Below, piece by piece: positions 36,803 through 50,289 of a DNA stretch of 55,060 bases (positions within the stretch are counted from its first letter, which is position 1; each line of letters begins with the position of its first letter). The stretch is taken from contig NW_021833762.1 in the NCBI RefSeq assembly GCF_006345805.1, positions 1 to 55,060 on the forward strand, in the 5' to 3' direction. The notes below the pieces were generated by a model. That model searched no databases. It was not told the origin of the DNA and worked only from the letters and a program-made list of their open reading frames with translations. Origin of the DNA: Octopus sinensis. Taxonomy: Eukaryota. Position numbers and translations under genes: made by a program.

Positions 36803-37665
36803 GCGGTGAGATGAGCTGGCAGAATCGTTAGCACGCCGGGGGAAATGCTCAGCGGTATTTCGTCTGCCGTTACGTTCTGAGTTCAAATTCCGCCGAGGTC
36901 GACTTTGCCTTTCATCCTTTCGGGTTCGATAAATTAAGTACCAGTTACGCACTGGGGATCGATGTAATCGACTTAATCCGTTTGTCTGTCCTTGTTTGTC
37001 CTCTCTGTGTTTAGCCCCTTGTGGGTAGTAAAGAAATAGGTATTTTGTCTGTCTTTACGTTCTGAGTTCAAATTCCGCCGAGGTCGACTTTGCCTTTCCT
37101 CCTTTCGGGGTCGATAAATTAAGTACTAGTTACGCACTGGGGTCGATGTAATCGACTTAATCCGTTTGTCTGTCCATGTTTGTCCTCTCTATGTTTAGCC
37201 CCTTGTGGGTTGTAAAGAAATAGGTATTTCGTCTGCCGTTACGTTCAGAGTTCAAATTCCGCCGAGGTCGGCTTTGTCTTTCATCCTTCCGGGATCGATG
37301 AATAAAGTACCAGTTACGCACTGGGGTTGATGTCGTCGACTTAATCCGTGTGTCTGTCCTTGTTTGTCCTCTCTATGTTTAGCCCCTTGTGGGTTGTAAA
37401 GAAATAGGTATTTCGTCTGCCGTTACGTTCAGAGTTCAAATTCCGCCGTGGTCGGCTTTGTCTTTCATCCTTCCGGGATCGATGAATAAAGTACCAGTTA
37501 CGCACTGGGGTTGATGTCGTCGACTTAATCCGTGTGTCTGTCCTTGTTTGTCCTCTCTGTGTTTAGCCCCTTGTGGGTTGTAAAGAAATAGGTATTTCGT
37601 CTGCCGTTACGTTCAGAGTTCAAATTCCGCCGAGGTCGTCTTGCCTGTCATCCTTTCGGGCTCCA
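36803..37665 (+). mobile_element. SINE group B head-to-tail array, 184-bp period
   Basis: AAAGAAATA|GGTATTT junctions at 37039, 37223, 37407 and 37591. Confidence 0.93.
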
Positions 37666-37988
37666 TGTTTCAGAGCCATACAAAAGCACAGATTTTACGT
37701 TTGAACTAAATAAGCGGAGTTTGTGTGTATGTTTGTGCGTAAAGAATTTCATGAGAACGTCAGTTTGATTAAAAAAAAAAATTATCTGTTACGTACGTTT
37801 TTAAAATCACATTGTCGCTCTCATGAAATTCTTTACGCACATGCATACACACACACACTGACAAACATACACACACACACACACACACACACACTCAGCG
37901 TGAGCAATATACCATCATAGAGAGTGATACAGAGTGTGGTAAATATAAGGCGAGGGGGGTGGAGTTTACCTAGAGAAAATCGAAAAAT

Positions 37989-38022
<34 letters not shown>

Positions 38023-38650
38023 GGGGAGAGAGAAATTTCCTGTTGATGTCATAGATTTTGAAATTCTCAAATTTGGTATATTGATGTACTATTTCATGCT
38101 GTATTCGTGTTCGTGATTCATTTATTCCAGAAAAAGTTTAGAAAGCGTGTTATAGGTGTTTAAATCTTGATCATTTTCACCCAATCAGGAAATAGGATTC
38201 GTTCGTGATAGCTGCGTATCAGAAAATGAAAATAAACATTGGAAGACGAAGATTTAAAGAAAATGAAAGCAATGCATGAGAGACAATACATATACAGAGA
38301 AAAGGAGAGAGAGATAGAGGGGGGCTGGGATACTGCGCAACTGGTTTAGGTGTATCCCTTGGTGTAGATGTGTCTCCTCAAGTGATTTTCAAGAGATATC
38401 TCGTTAAAATAAACTCTATTTCGCACAACTTATTATTGCATGTTTACTTCTTGGGCTTCGTAAATAGAAATGGCAAACTGACGGATACTGCTTCATTCTT
38501 ATAGAAGAACAATGGACAATGATCAGATACGAAAGGAAACAAATATACAATAAAGCATTCGTTATAAATTTGATGGCGTCTTAATCTTTCTGGTGGAAAG
38601 AATAAGACGCCATCGAATTTATAACGAATCAAAAATTAGATCCTTTCGTG

Positions 38651-38682
<32 letters not shown>

Positions 38683-38930
38683 ACACGCACACACACAAGA
38701 TATTCTGTTATTCCCCCACCCCACCCCAAGCTCCGTTAAAAACGAAAAGACCAGTATGCGAAGAAGAACAAAATTAACTAGGCGGAGCAAGAGCACACGC
38801 AAAGGCGGAAGGTGTCGCTGAAGAGTTCACAGATGCGTGACGAAAGATTTCCGGACAATGGACAGGAGTTAGAATAAGAACAGTAATAAATGAGTGAAGA
38901 ACGAATATACAGTGCGTGTGTTTATTTGAC

Positions 38931-38963
<33 letters not shown>

Positions 38964-38969
38964 TATTTT

Positions 38970-39208
38970 ATTCTTTAACTTGTTTCAGTCATTTGATTGC
39001 GGCCATGTTGTCGCACTGCCTGCAGTCGAAGAAACCTACCCCAGGACTTATTCTTTGTAAGCCTAGCACTTATTCTATCGGTCTCTTTTGCAGAACCGCT
39101 AGGCTACGGGGACGTAAACACAACGACATCGGTTGTCAACCGATGGTGGGAGTACAAAACACAGACACACATATATATATGTGTGTATATATATATTATA
39201 TAATATAT

Positions 39209-39260
<52 letters not shown>

Positions 39261-39390
39261 ATATATATACATATATACACGGGCTTCTTTCATTTCCGTT
39301 GACCAGTTTCTTTTGAGTGGGTTTGGTCGGCTCGAGGCTAAAGCAGAATACACTTGCCCAAGGTGCCACACAGTGGGACTGAACCCAGAA
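38970..39390 (-). mobile_element. SINE group A
   Basis: Reverse-complement match. Confidence 0.82.
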
Positions 39391-39772
39391 TACACACACA
39401 GACACACACAGAGACACATTCCGCAAAAAATCTCAGATGTTATTTAATTTGCCTTGCGGGAAGGATCGTTTCAAAGAAGTCGTGTCTCGCCTTTACCTTC
39501 GAAACGCGGAGTAGATTGAACAGAGGCGGCTGAAGAAGGGGAATGTTCTTTGTGTTGTATGTCTTGTACTCTATTTTTTCGTTGTTTAAGAAAAATGTCC
39601 ATTTCCTTGGTTTTGTTTTTATGTTTTCGTTTCTCATTGTGTTCGACGTTTTTTTTGTGTGTCCTGTACCCATATATGCATGTATATATACATATTGATG
39701 CAGGTACGTACATATATGTATGTATATATGCATATGTTTTATTTAGTATTTTGTTACTATATATATATATAT

Positions 39773-39811
<39 letters not shown>

Positions 39812-39987
39812 GTTGGCTTGTTTGCGTATGTTGAAGTAAGCAGACCAATTGATTAGTGATGCGGGTTTTGATGGACTTAGCCATGACATATATTAGCCAC
39901 TTCTCGTTGGCTTCCATCACAAATATGAAGCAGGTGGATATATGAATGAGGATAATAAAACTAACCGCCACCACCACCACTACATCT

Positions 39988-40023
<36 letters not shown>

Positions 40024-40194
40024 ACTACTCTACTACTACTGTTATTATTATTATTACTACAGCTAGGAGTAGTAGTAGTAGTAGTAGTAATTATAATATA
40101 AAAATCGCCATTTATAGTTTAGGAATGTATATATATTTACACGAGTCGCTTCTTTCGGTATGAAATAACTGTTGGTAATGGCTAACATTTTGTT

Positions 40195-40265
<71 letters not shown>

Positions 40266-40543
40266 CACGCACACACTGAGTTATTGATAAAAGTAACGTA
40301 GGCCTTATATACAAATGTACATTGCTACTCTGAATTTCTGCGCAATTAAACAATTAATTACGCATTCGTCAGACAGCTTACTCGTTCAAGTATACTTATA
40401 TACGCACACACATGCTCACTCACTCACACACACACACACACACACACGCACATGCACATATATACATAAATATTTACATTTATATATGTATACACACACA
40501 CCACACATATACATATATACGTATATATACGTATGTATGTATA

Positions 40544-40575
<32 letters not shown>

Positions 40576-40633
40576 CGTATGTATGTATATATATATATAT
40601 ATATATATATAACGTATATATATATATACACAT

Positions 40634-40673
<40 letters not shown>

Positions 40674-40756
40674 GTATATATATGTATATATATATATATA
40701 TATATATACAGATAGATAGATCTATCTATCTGTCTCTCTGTCTATCTATCTATCTA

Positions 40757-40824
<68 letters not shown>

Positions 40825-41373
40825 CTATGGGTCTTATCTGTTTGCCCGTCTATACCCGCTCACACAAACACACATAAATATCGCCTGTAAATGTCTAAGA
40901 GATGTAAGTTTTTTATGGCTGAGATGTGTTATGCCGGAGGTGACATACATGTCGAGTGTGCTGTGGAGTGTATGCTAAATTATCCGTGTCTGCTTGTTCA
41001 ACACGTTTTCCTTTCCCTCCCATATCAATAGTGCTTAGTGGTGAAATATTGGGATGATTAAATTGCTTAAAGTGAAAGTCTAGTATTTTGTCCTTAATTT
41101 GATTAAATTCATGCCCGACTGCCTGAATGTGGCTTCCCAAAACCTTTGACTCTACAACACTGTATAAATTCTATACTTCGAATGACCAATTTTAAATACT
41201 GTTGGATCTTACTCATAAGGTATTGGAATCTTACATATATACCATTCTGCATAAAAAAATGGATCTACAAATTCAATATCCCTACATATCTCACATCTAT
41301 TTTCTCTCCTCCACCTCACTCTCTATTTTGCATCTTATCTAAATTAGCTATTACTTAACCATCCTCTCACACC

Positions 41374-41425
41374 GTCTCCGATGAGGGGATATAATTAATA
41401 AATATCCTGGAAACAGCTGTAAGAC
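41374..41425 (+). ncRNA. Type I hammerhead-ribozyme-like motif with palindromic stem III
   Basis: GTCT-CCGATGA-G-GGGATAT(AATTAATAA)ATATCCT-G-GAAAC-AGCT-GTA-AGAC; core position 4 is C. Confidence 0.55.
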
Positions 41426-41520
41426 ATTCCATCTATAAATGTTCTAATATCTACACAGCCATGGCTTTTTTTTTTATCTCATAACGCAAAAAATTCTTAC
41501 ATACATACATACGTACGCAT

Positions 41521-41903
41521 TCTATCCAGATTACAAGTTCGGGTTCATACCTGTAATTAATGGAACACTGGGATATGTAACATAGTTCCTAATTACCAAT
41601 CGTGAGATATTAGGCTTCTCAAAACCAGAAAGGAGAAAGCTGATTCGAAGACTACAAATCCAAGCCATCACTGGAACTATAAAAATCTGTAAAACTTTTC
41701 AGAAATTTATCATTTAATTATATATGAGTATGTCTAAACATGTAACTATATGCATGCGAAGACATACATAACACAAAGCATAGGAATTTCCGCCTAAACA
41801 CACATACATACCCTGTTCTTTATTTGAAATTCCAATGAAGCAGCCGTGGATCTAGGTTAGAAACCGGCTCTTTCTCTATTGGCAAGAAATCTTGAAATAA
41901 ACT
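41521..41903 (+). mobile_element. 3' end of an RLE-type (R2/R4/NeSL group) LINE
   Basis: YPDYKFGFIPVINGTLGYV...LQIQAITGTIKICKTFQKFII*, plus a 3' UTR shared with the copy at 42652. Confidence 0.8.
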
Positions 41904-42651
41904 GAACTATGACATACATGCGTAGATACATATATGTATACATGCAGGCATACATACATGCATGCATATATACATACATGCATGCATACATAAATGCATG
42001 CATACATACATGCATGCATACATACATGCATGCATATATACATGCATACTTACATACATACATACATGATGGCTGCCCCCTCGTTATCGAGTATGGCCAT
42101 TGCACGAAGCTTAACTGTTATTGGTGCTGAGATCGAATGTGACTTTTATTTGCTTTTTAAGGCTACAGCCAGCTATTCAGTTGAGACTCACAGCACCATC
42201 AACAGTCATGAACAATGTTGTTATCGTGTAATGCCTGTGCAAGAAGATTTTTTTAAAGTGAGGAAAGGCTGTGCACTGAGTCAATCCCACTCACTAAGCA
42301 ACAGTACCCATAATCCGAAAAGAATAACAAGTCAACATCATCGGTAACCACTGAGCCGCAGGTTTTATGTCGGAGTTATCCCTGTTACTTGAGTTACCTT
42401 CTCCTAGAAGGATGCCCTAACAAAGGCTAGGAGTCCTTCACTCCCAATGGTTTAACTGCGCGATCGGGTATTCAGTCCGATTATTTCTCATACATATATG
42501 CATGCATACATGCATATATATGCATGCATACATACGTACGTACATACATACATACATACATGCATACATACATACATACATACATACATACATACATACA
42601 TACATACATACATACATACATACATACATACATACAACATACATACATACA

Positions 42652-43170
42652 TATAATAGACCTGACATAGTGATTTGGGACTGGGGAAGACAAACTGTGT
42701 ACAGTAGTGGAAATTAGCAGTCCAGCGGTGTGTAAAGATCAGTGAAAAAAAATCCCTACACTGAACTATTGAGAAATCTGCAGTTACTCTACCCGGGTTA
42801 GGTTTATACCTGTAATTATTGGAGCACTGAGATATGTAACACACTGCCTTAGAACCAATCTTGAGAAATTAGGCTTCTCAAAACCAGAAAGAAGAAAGCT
42901 GTTTCGAAGACTACAGATCCAAGCCATCACTGGAACTGTAAATATCTGTAAAACTTTCCAGAAGTTTATCATTTGAGTATATATATATGAGTACATCTAC
43001 ATAAGCAAGTATATGCATGAGAATATATACATAAAAAACATACTAATCTATACATGCAGTGACTCTAGATACTACACATATACACGCATACATGCACATT
43101 TACTCTGTTGATGTTGAAATTCCGATGAAACCGGCTCTTTCTCTACTGGCAAGAAATCTTGAAATAAAAC
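42652..43170 (+). mobile_element. 3' end of an RLE-type LINE, second copy
   Basis: NRPDIVIWD (RPD motif)...LLRNLQLLYPG..FIPVIIGALRYV...ITGTVNICKTFQKFII*. Confidence 0.85.
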
Positions 43171-43507
43171 TACATATGTATCTACGATGATGTTTTAACG
43201 TCATTATGCTGCGGAAAAATAAGTAACGAACAATATTTAATTAATTATTAAAACGACCATTTAAGTCGATTATTTTAATCGTTACGATATAAAATTAACG
43301 ACGTCGTCGCGTCGTGTAGACAAATTATTTGTTTGTTGCAGGGAATTATTTTCTGTGGACCCCTCGTTCATTCTGTATGTCTGTGGTTTCTCTGCGAAGA
43401 AAGACATAGTAATAATTATCTTTATAATTAGAGAAAATGATAATTCTATTCTCGCGCGTCATTCTTTGACTAGGGATCGGTCGATGTTCTTAGTTTGGCG
43501 TCTCATT

Positions 43508-43898
43508 GGATGGAAGCACTCCGTCGGTTACGACGATGAGGGTTCCGGTTGATCCGAATCAACGGAACAGCCTGCTCGTGAAATTGACGTGTAAGTGGCT
43601 GAGCACTCCACAGACACGTGCACCCCTTAACGTAGTTCTCGGGGATATTCAGCGTGACACAGAGAGTGACAAGGCCGGCCCCTTGAAATACAGGTACAAC
43701 AGAAACAGGAAGTAAAAGTGAGAGAAAGTTGTGGTGAAAGAGTACAGCAGGGATCACCACCATCCCCTGCCGGAGCCTCGTGGAGCTTTTACGTGTTTTC
43801 GCTCAATAAACACTCACAACGCCCGGTCTGGGAATCGAAACCGCGATCCTATGACCGCGAGTCCGCTGCCCTAACCACTGGGCCATTGCGCCTCCACG
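43508..43898 (-). mobile_element. SINE group C, full length, tail variant A
   Basis: 12-bp TSD TGGCGTCTCATT at 43496-43507 and 43899-43910. Confidence 0.93.
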
Positions 43899-44049
43899 TG
43901 GCGTCTCATTAATATTTGGCTCTATATTTATATGTTTGGTAATTAAAATAGATCAACTGGGAGCAATAGATTTTTTATACCAATACTATCAGGGCTAACC
44001 GCGGAATTCCTTGAGAAAAATCAGGAGGTCAATTTCTCTTTCTCTTTCT

Positions 44050-44263
44050 CTTTTCTCTTTTACTTGTTTCAGTCATTTGACTGCGGCCATGCTGGAGCAC
44101 CACCTTTAATCGAGCAACTCGACCCTGGTACTTATTCTTTGTAAGCCCAGTACTTATTCTATCGGTCTCTTTTGCCGAACCGCTAAGTGACGGGGACATA
44201 AACACACCAGCATCGGTTGTCAAGCAATGCTAGGGGGACAAACACAGACACACAAACACACAG

Positions 44264-44360
<97 letters not shown>

Positions 44361-44532
44361 CATATGTACGACGGGCTTCTTTCAGTTTCCGTCTACCAAA
44401 TCCATTCATAAGGCTTTGGTCAGCCCGAGGCTATAGTAGAAGACACTTGCCCAAGGTGCCACGCAGTGGGACTGAACCCGGAACCATGTGGTTGGTAAGG
44501 AAGCTACTTACCACACAGCCACTCCTGCGCCT
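44050..44532 (-). mobile_element. SINE group A, full length, near-consensus
   Basis: Reverse-complement match. Confidence 0.92.
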
Positions 44533-44655
44533 TTAACATTAATCTATAAGTGCAGAGAGAAGAAAACAAAAGACAGGAAATTTGTTTGACAATGTTTGAG
44601 AAATGTGGATCCAGTTTCGAATCCTCGCTTAGCTATCTATTCTGCAGCTATTCAC

Positions 44656-44720
<65 letters not shown>

Positions 44721-45259
44721 ACACTCACGCACACACATCTATGTGATATTGGTTTCAAATTTTGGCACAAGGCCAGCAATTTCGGCGAGTAGGTCAAGTC
44801 GATTACATCGACACCAATGCACAACCGGTGTTTATTTATTTTATCAACCTCGAAAGGATGAAACGTAAAGACGACCTCGCTGTAATTATTATTGTAATTA
44901 ATGGTAAAAATTATCGATAATTGTTATTATTTTGACACTGCAACCAGTATTCAATTCTGCATCCATCGCATGTTTTGTTCTAGGGCATGGGGTTCCCTAA
45001 TCTGACTCAGTTGGTCGGTTTTCACTATGTTTTTTTTTGGTGTGCTATTTTTTCATTTTTGCTTTTTTTTTATTGCATAATTATCTATTCTGCTCATTTA
45101 ATCAATTTGTAACATGCCTAATTATTGCTCTGTTGTATAAAATTTCAGACTTTCGTCTCGTTTTTTATATAAATTTTGTAACTGCATACTTTTGATTAGC
45201 ATGTATGCGTTCCCCCAACCCTACTCTATAGGCCTTTGAAAGTAAAAATAGAAAAATTA

Positions 45260-45582
45260 GTGGTACTCCGTCGGTTACGACGACGATCGTTCCAGTTGAT
45301 CCGATCAACGGAACAGCCTGCACGTGAAATTAACGTGGAAGTGACTGAGTACTCCGCAGACGTGTATCCTTAACGTAGTTGCCAGGGAGATTCGGCGTGA
45401 CAGAGAATGTGACAAGGCTGGCCGTTTGAAATAGGGGTACCACTAATCTTTGCCATCTGAGTTGACTAGAGAAACGCGAAATAAAGTGTCTTGCTCAAGG
45501 ACACAATGCGTCGCTGGGAATCGAACTCACAACCTTACGCCCGTGAGCCGAATGCCTTAACCATTAGGCTACCTGTCTTCCC
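45260..45582 (-). mobile_element. CORE-type SINE carrying tail variant A
   Basis: Reverse strand: GGTAGCCTAATGGTTAAGG head, TGTGTCCTTGAGCAAGACAC core, ...CGTCGTCGTAACCGACGGAG tail. Confidence 0.8.
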
Positions 45583-45879
45583 TACAGAAAAATTAGTATT
45601 TCGGTAAAATGCCGGATATTTCTTTCTGTTCTTTATCTACTCTTTACTCTTTTACTCTTTTACTTGCGGCCATGCTGGAGCACCGCCTTTAGTCGAGCAA
45701 ATCGACCCCCACCAGGACTTATTCTTTGTAAGCCTAGTACTTATTCTATCGGTCTCTCTTTTTGCCGAACCGCTAAGTTACGGGGAAGTAAACACATCAG
45801 CATGGGTTGTCAAGAGATCAAATTCCGCCGAGGTCGATTTTTGCTTTTATTTATCCTTTCGGAGCTCGATTGATTAAGT

Positions 45880-46212
45880 CAGTGCTTTTCAAACTTTTTT
45901 GCTGGAGCGGAACCCCAAGGAAACATTCCACTGGCTCGGGGTACCCCTGTGCAATAATTTCATAGTCTTATGCACACATATCTGCACAGGCGCAGAAGTG
46001 GCTGTGTGGTAAGTAGCTCGCTAACCAATCACATGGTTCCGGGTTCAGTCCCACTGTGTGGCATCTTAGGCAAGTGTCTTCTGCTATAGCCTCGGGCCGA
46101 CCAAAGCCTTGTGAGTGGATTTGGTGGACGGAAACTGAAAGAAGCCTGTCGTATATATAGGTTATATATAATATATACTATATAGTATATATACATATAT
46201 ATATATTATATC

Positions 46213-46260
<48 letters not shown>

Positions 46261-46466
46261 TGTTTGTGTGTGTCTGTTTGTCCCCCTAGCATTGCTTGAC
46301 AACCGATGCTGGTGTGTTTATGTCCCCGTCACTTAGCGGTTCGGGAAAAGAGAGACCGATAGAATATGTACTGGGCTTACAAAAAGAATAAGTCCCGGGG
46401 ACGATTTGCTCGACTTCTTGCGGAACCCCTGGACTGTACTAGCGGAACCCTAGTTGAAAGCCACTG
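45880..46466. mobile_element. hAT MITE (same family as 14199-14417) containing a SINE A (45989-46415), itself inserted in a SINE B
   Basis: TIRs CAGTGCTTTTCAA / TTGAAAGCCACTG; 8-bp TSD GATTAAGT at 45872-45879 and 46467-46474. Confidence 0.88.
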
Positions 46467-46580
46467 GATTAAGTAACCAGTGAAACACTGAGGGGGTCGA
46501 TGTAATCGAGTAACCCCCTCCCACCTCTCCCCGCAAATTTCAAGGCCTTGTACCAATAGTAAAAAGGCTTATTATTATTA

Positions 46581-46611
<31 letters not shown>

Positions 46612-46818
46612 TATTTCTTTACTACCCACAGAGGGGGCAAACAAAGGGATTAACTCGATTACATCGACCCCAGTGCGTAACTGGTACTTAATTTATCGGC
46701 CCCGAAAGGATGAAAGGCAAAGTCGACCTCGGCGGAATTTGAACTCGGAACGTAACGACAGACGAAATACGGCTATGCATTTCGCCCGGTGTGCTAACGT
46801 TTCTGCCAGCCCGCCGCT
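46612..46818 (-). mobile_element. SINE group B
   Basis: Reverse-complement match, flanked by (TAT)n. Confidence 0.88.
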
Positions 46819-46999
46819 ATTATTATTATTATAATTGTTCTTGTTGTTGTCTTCCTCCTTGTTTACGGTCCACTCCCTTATCCTTTCCCACATCAACTGC
46901 GACTCCTGTTCGCAGTTATTTTCACCATAATTATTGTCTGTGTAGTTTGTTTTAAACATCGACTCAACTCTACGGCTAATCATTATCTTTTTCACCACC

Positions 47000-47282
47000 A
47001 CTACCACAAAAACCACTACCACCACCACTACTACTGCTGCTACTACTACTACTCGCTGCTACTACTACTGCTACTACTACTACTACTACTATACTACTAC
47101 TACCACCACCACCACCAGCACCACACCACCACCACTACTCACTATACTAATACTAAAATACGCACCACCACTACTACTACTACTACTAATACCACCACCA
47201 TCACCACTACTACTACTACTAATAACTGCACACCACCACCACCACTACTACTACTACTACTACTTTACCACCACCAACCACC

Positions 47283-47326
<44 letters not shown>

Positions 47327-47569
47327 CTACCAGCCACCACCACCACCACCACTACTACTACTACTACTAATACCACCACCACCACTACTACTACTACTAA
47401 TACCACCACCATCACCACTACTACTACTACTAATACAACCACCACCACCACCACTACTACACTACATACCTACTACCAACACCACCACCACCACCACCAC
47501 TACTACTACTACTACACTACTACCACCACCACCACCACCACCACCACTACTACTACTACTACTAATACC

Positions 47570-47609
<40 letters not shown>

Positions 47610-47614
47610 ATACC

Positions 47615-47645
<31 letters not shown>

Positions 47646-47743
47646 ATACCACCACCATCACCACTACTACTACTACTACTAATACCACCACCACCAACAA
47701 CAACACCACCACCACCACCACCACCACCACCACCACCACCACC

Positions 47744-47783
<40 letters not shown>

Positions 47784-48565
47784 GTACCGTCTCTGTTACT
47801 CACCCCCCCCACGCACACATACACACCAGCAACAACTATCACTATTACCAGCGAAAAGCTGCTACGTCTACATCGGCCAACAGCATCCACGCCACCACTT
47901 CCATCTGCATCAACACTGCAGCTATTATCATCAACCATACACAACCAATGCAGTCAGCACTACAACGCGCAAGCACCACCACCACCACCACCACCACCAC
48001 CACCACCACCACCACACCACCACCACCACCACCTCCGCCACCACCACTACCACCACCATCACCAATACCATTACTACCACCACCACCATCGCCAATACTA
48101 CCACCACCACCACCAACTCCACCACCACCAACTCCACCACCACCAACTCCACCACCACCATCCACAACCACCAAACACTACACCTAATGCGTCATCTCTA
48201 CACTCCTACAGTTTCATTTACCACTACTACACGCACCCTAACACCACTCGTCCTCCACCATCACTACCACTACCGCCGTACACAGACCAACATTACATCT
48301 ACCACAGCACCATTACCGCTACACTTCCTTCGTGACACCTCCACTTGTACACTCACCACCACCACCACAACCACCACCACTACCAACAACAACTACAACA
48401 ACCCACAGCAAAACCACCAACACCTCTACCGCCACCGACACCTCTACCGCCACCACCACCACTATCACCGTTACCACTACCAACACCACCATCACCACTA
48501 CCACCAACATCCACCACAACCAGCACTACCATCACAACCACCACCACCACCACCACCACATATCT

Positions 48566-48620
<55 letters not shown>

Positions 48621-48660
48621 CACTACTACCACATCCTTCTCCACTCACAACCATTTCTAC
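47000..48660. repeat. Extended (CAC/TAC)n low-complexity region
   Basis: Direct reading. Confidence 0.92.
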
Positions 48661-49313
48661 AGATAACTGATAGGGTTTTCATTGTGTACGAAACTTCCTT
48701 CTCTGAAGAAGTTGTTAACAGCATCATTTGAAGAGTTTATCTCGAAGGGTATACCCCGCTACCATTTTGTTATTTAGTAATGGATACTTAACTCCCTACC
48801 CACCTACCTGTATCTCCCTAGCTTATCTACTACATACCTGTCTACCTACCTCTAAACGCATATACATATCGCTACCCGCTCACAGGGTTATTGGGTGGGG
48901 GTCTGTCTCCACCGACAAGAGAAACAAGCTTTGTTTAAACATTACTTTTAAATGTTTTCGATTAGAATGCCACCCTGTTATTAATAGGGTTATCAGTTAG
49001 GTCGGCTACAGTGGCTTTGCAATCTAGGTCTATTAAATGACTTAATGTCTGAAGCGAGTGATTGTCAGTTATTAATCCTATCTTTAGAATGCATTGACGA
49101 CGGTCGGAGTCATGTGCTGGTTATCTGTTATTTTAATAACTTTTGCACACCACACACACACACAACACACACACTGCTCGAAATGAGGAGTAGATAGACA
49201 GCCGACAAGTGATGAAGGGTCGTCCTTTATGTTACCTGTCCTGTTTTCCATTTGTTTGCGTATTTCATGTTGTTTACTGTTGGTAACGTCCTGTACCCAT
49301 ATATAGCATATGT

Positions 49314-49357
<44 letters not shown>

Positions 49358-49361
<4 letters not shown>

Positions 49362-49688
49362 CTTGATGACTGACCAGTCAGTCGGGAGTCCATTTGACAC
49401 CGCTGGTCACAGCACGCTGTCCACTCCTCTCTGGATCGCGCCTTTCTCATCCACGTGGTCCCAATCGTCCTCTTGAAATCGCAACTCCACCGTCGTTGAG
49501 GCCTTCCGAGTGGTCGTTTCCGCTCGCACGGGAACCACTCGACAACTGCGCGGGTCCACCGATTATCGGTGAGCCGGGCGACGTGGAATCTCGTTGAGAG
49601 GGTACATCAGTAGCAAGGTCACCAGAGAGAAGTCCGGCGTGAGGAATGTCATCGTAGAATATACACGCAGCAAGTTTAGATGGGCTGC
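49358..49688 (-). mobile_element. RTE-1-like LINE 3' end with an inverted 5' segment
   Basis: - strand 49358-49586: HVARLTDNRWTRAVVEWFPCERKRPLGRPQRRW. + strand 49594-49688: RGYISSKVTREKSGVRNVIVEYTRSKFRWA, the sequence normally just upstream. Confidence 0.85.
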
Positions 49689-49691
49689 ACG

Positions 49692-49817
<126 letters not shown>

Positions 49818-50119
49818 ATATATGTATGTATGTATATAGATATAGTTAAAATTTACCGAAAAGAAAAGACGAAGAAAGGAGACGGAACAAGCAGGTGTAT
49901 TAGTTAAAACTCGGGAAGAATGGAAGCGTCTTTTACGTTTCGAATCTATGCTCTTCGACGGAAAGGATTAAGAGTTGGGAGGGGGGACGGAGAAGGAATG
50001 GAAAAAAAAAAAAGAAACGGGGAGAGAAAAAATGTGTAGAGATATGATGAAATGGCCGAATTGCAAAGATCCAGAGTTCCATTATTTAATTTTTAATCAT
50101 TTAATCTTCGTATCTTAGG

Positions 50120-50249
50120 AGAGGCTGTGTGGTAAGTAGCTTGCTTACCAACCACATGGTTCCCAGTTCAATCCCACTTCTACTATAGCCTCGTAGTAAC
50201 CAAAGCCTTGTGAGTGGGTTCGGTAGACGGAAAATGAAAGAAGTCCGTC

Positions 50250-50289
<40 letters not shown>

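Noticed and set aside
36803-37665. CRISPR-like periodic array
   Set aside because: Eukaryotic context, 184-bp whole-unit repeats with no unique spacers, no cas genes
43343-43380. ttgcag acceptor followed by a gtatgt donor
   Set aside because: Too short and encodes nothing GTPase-like
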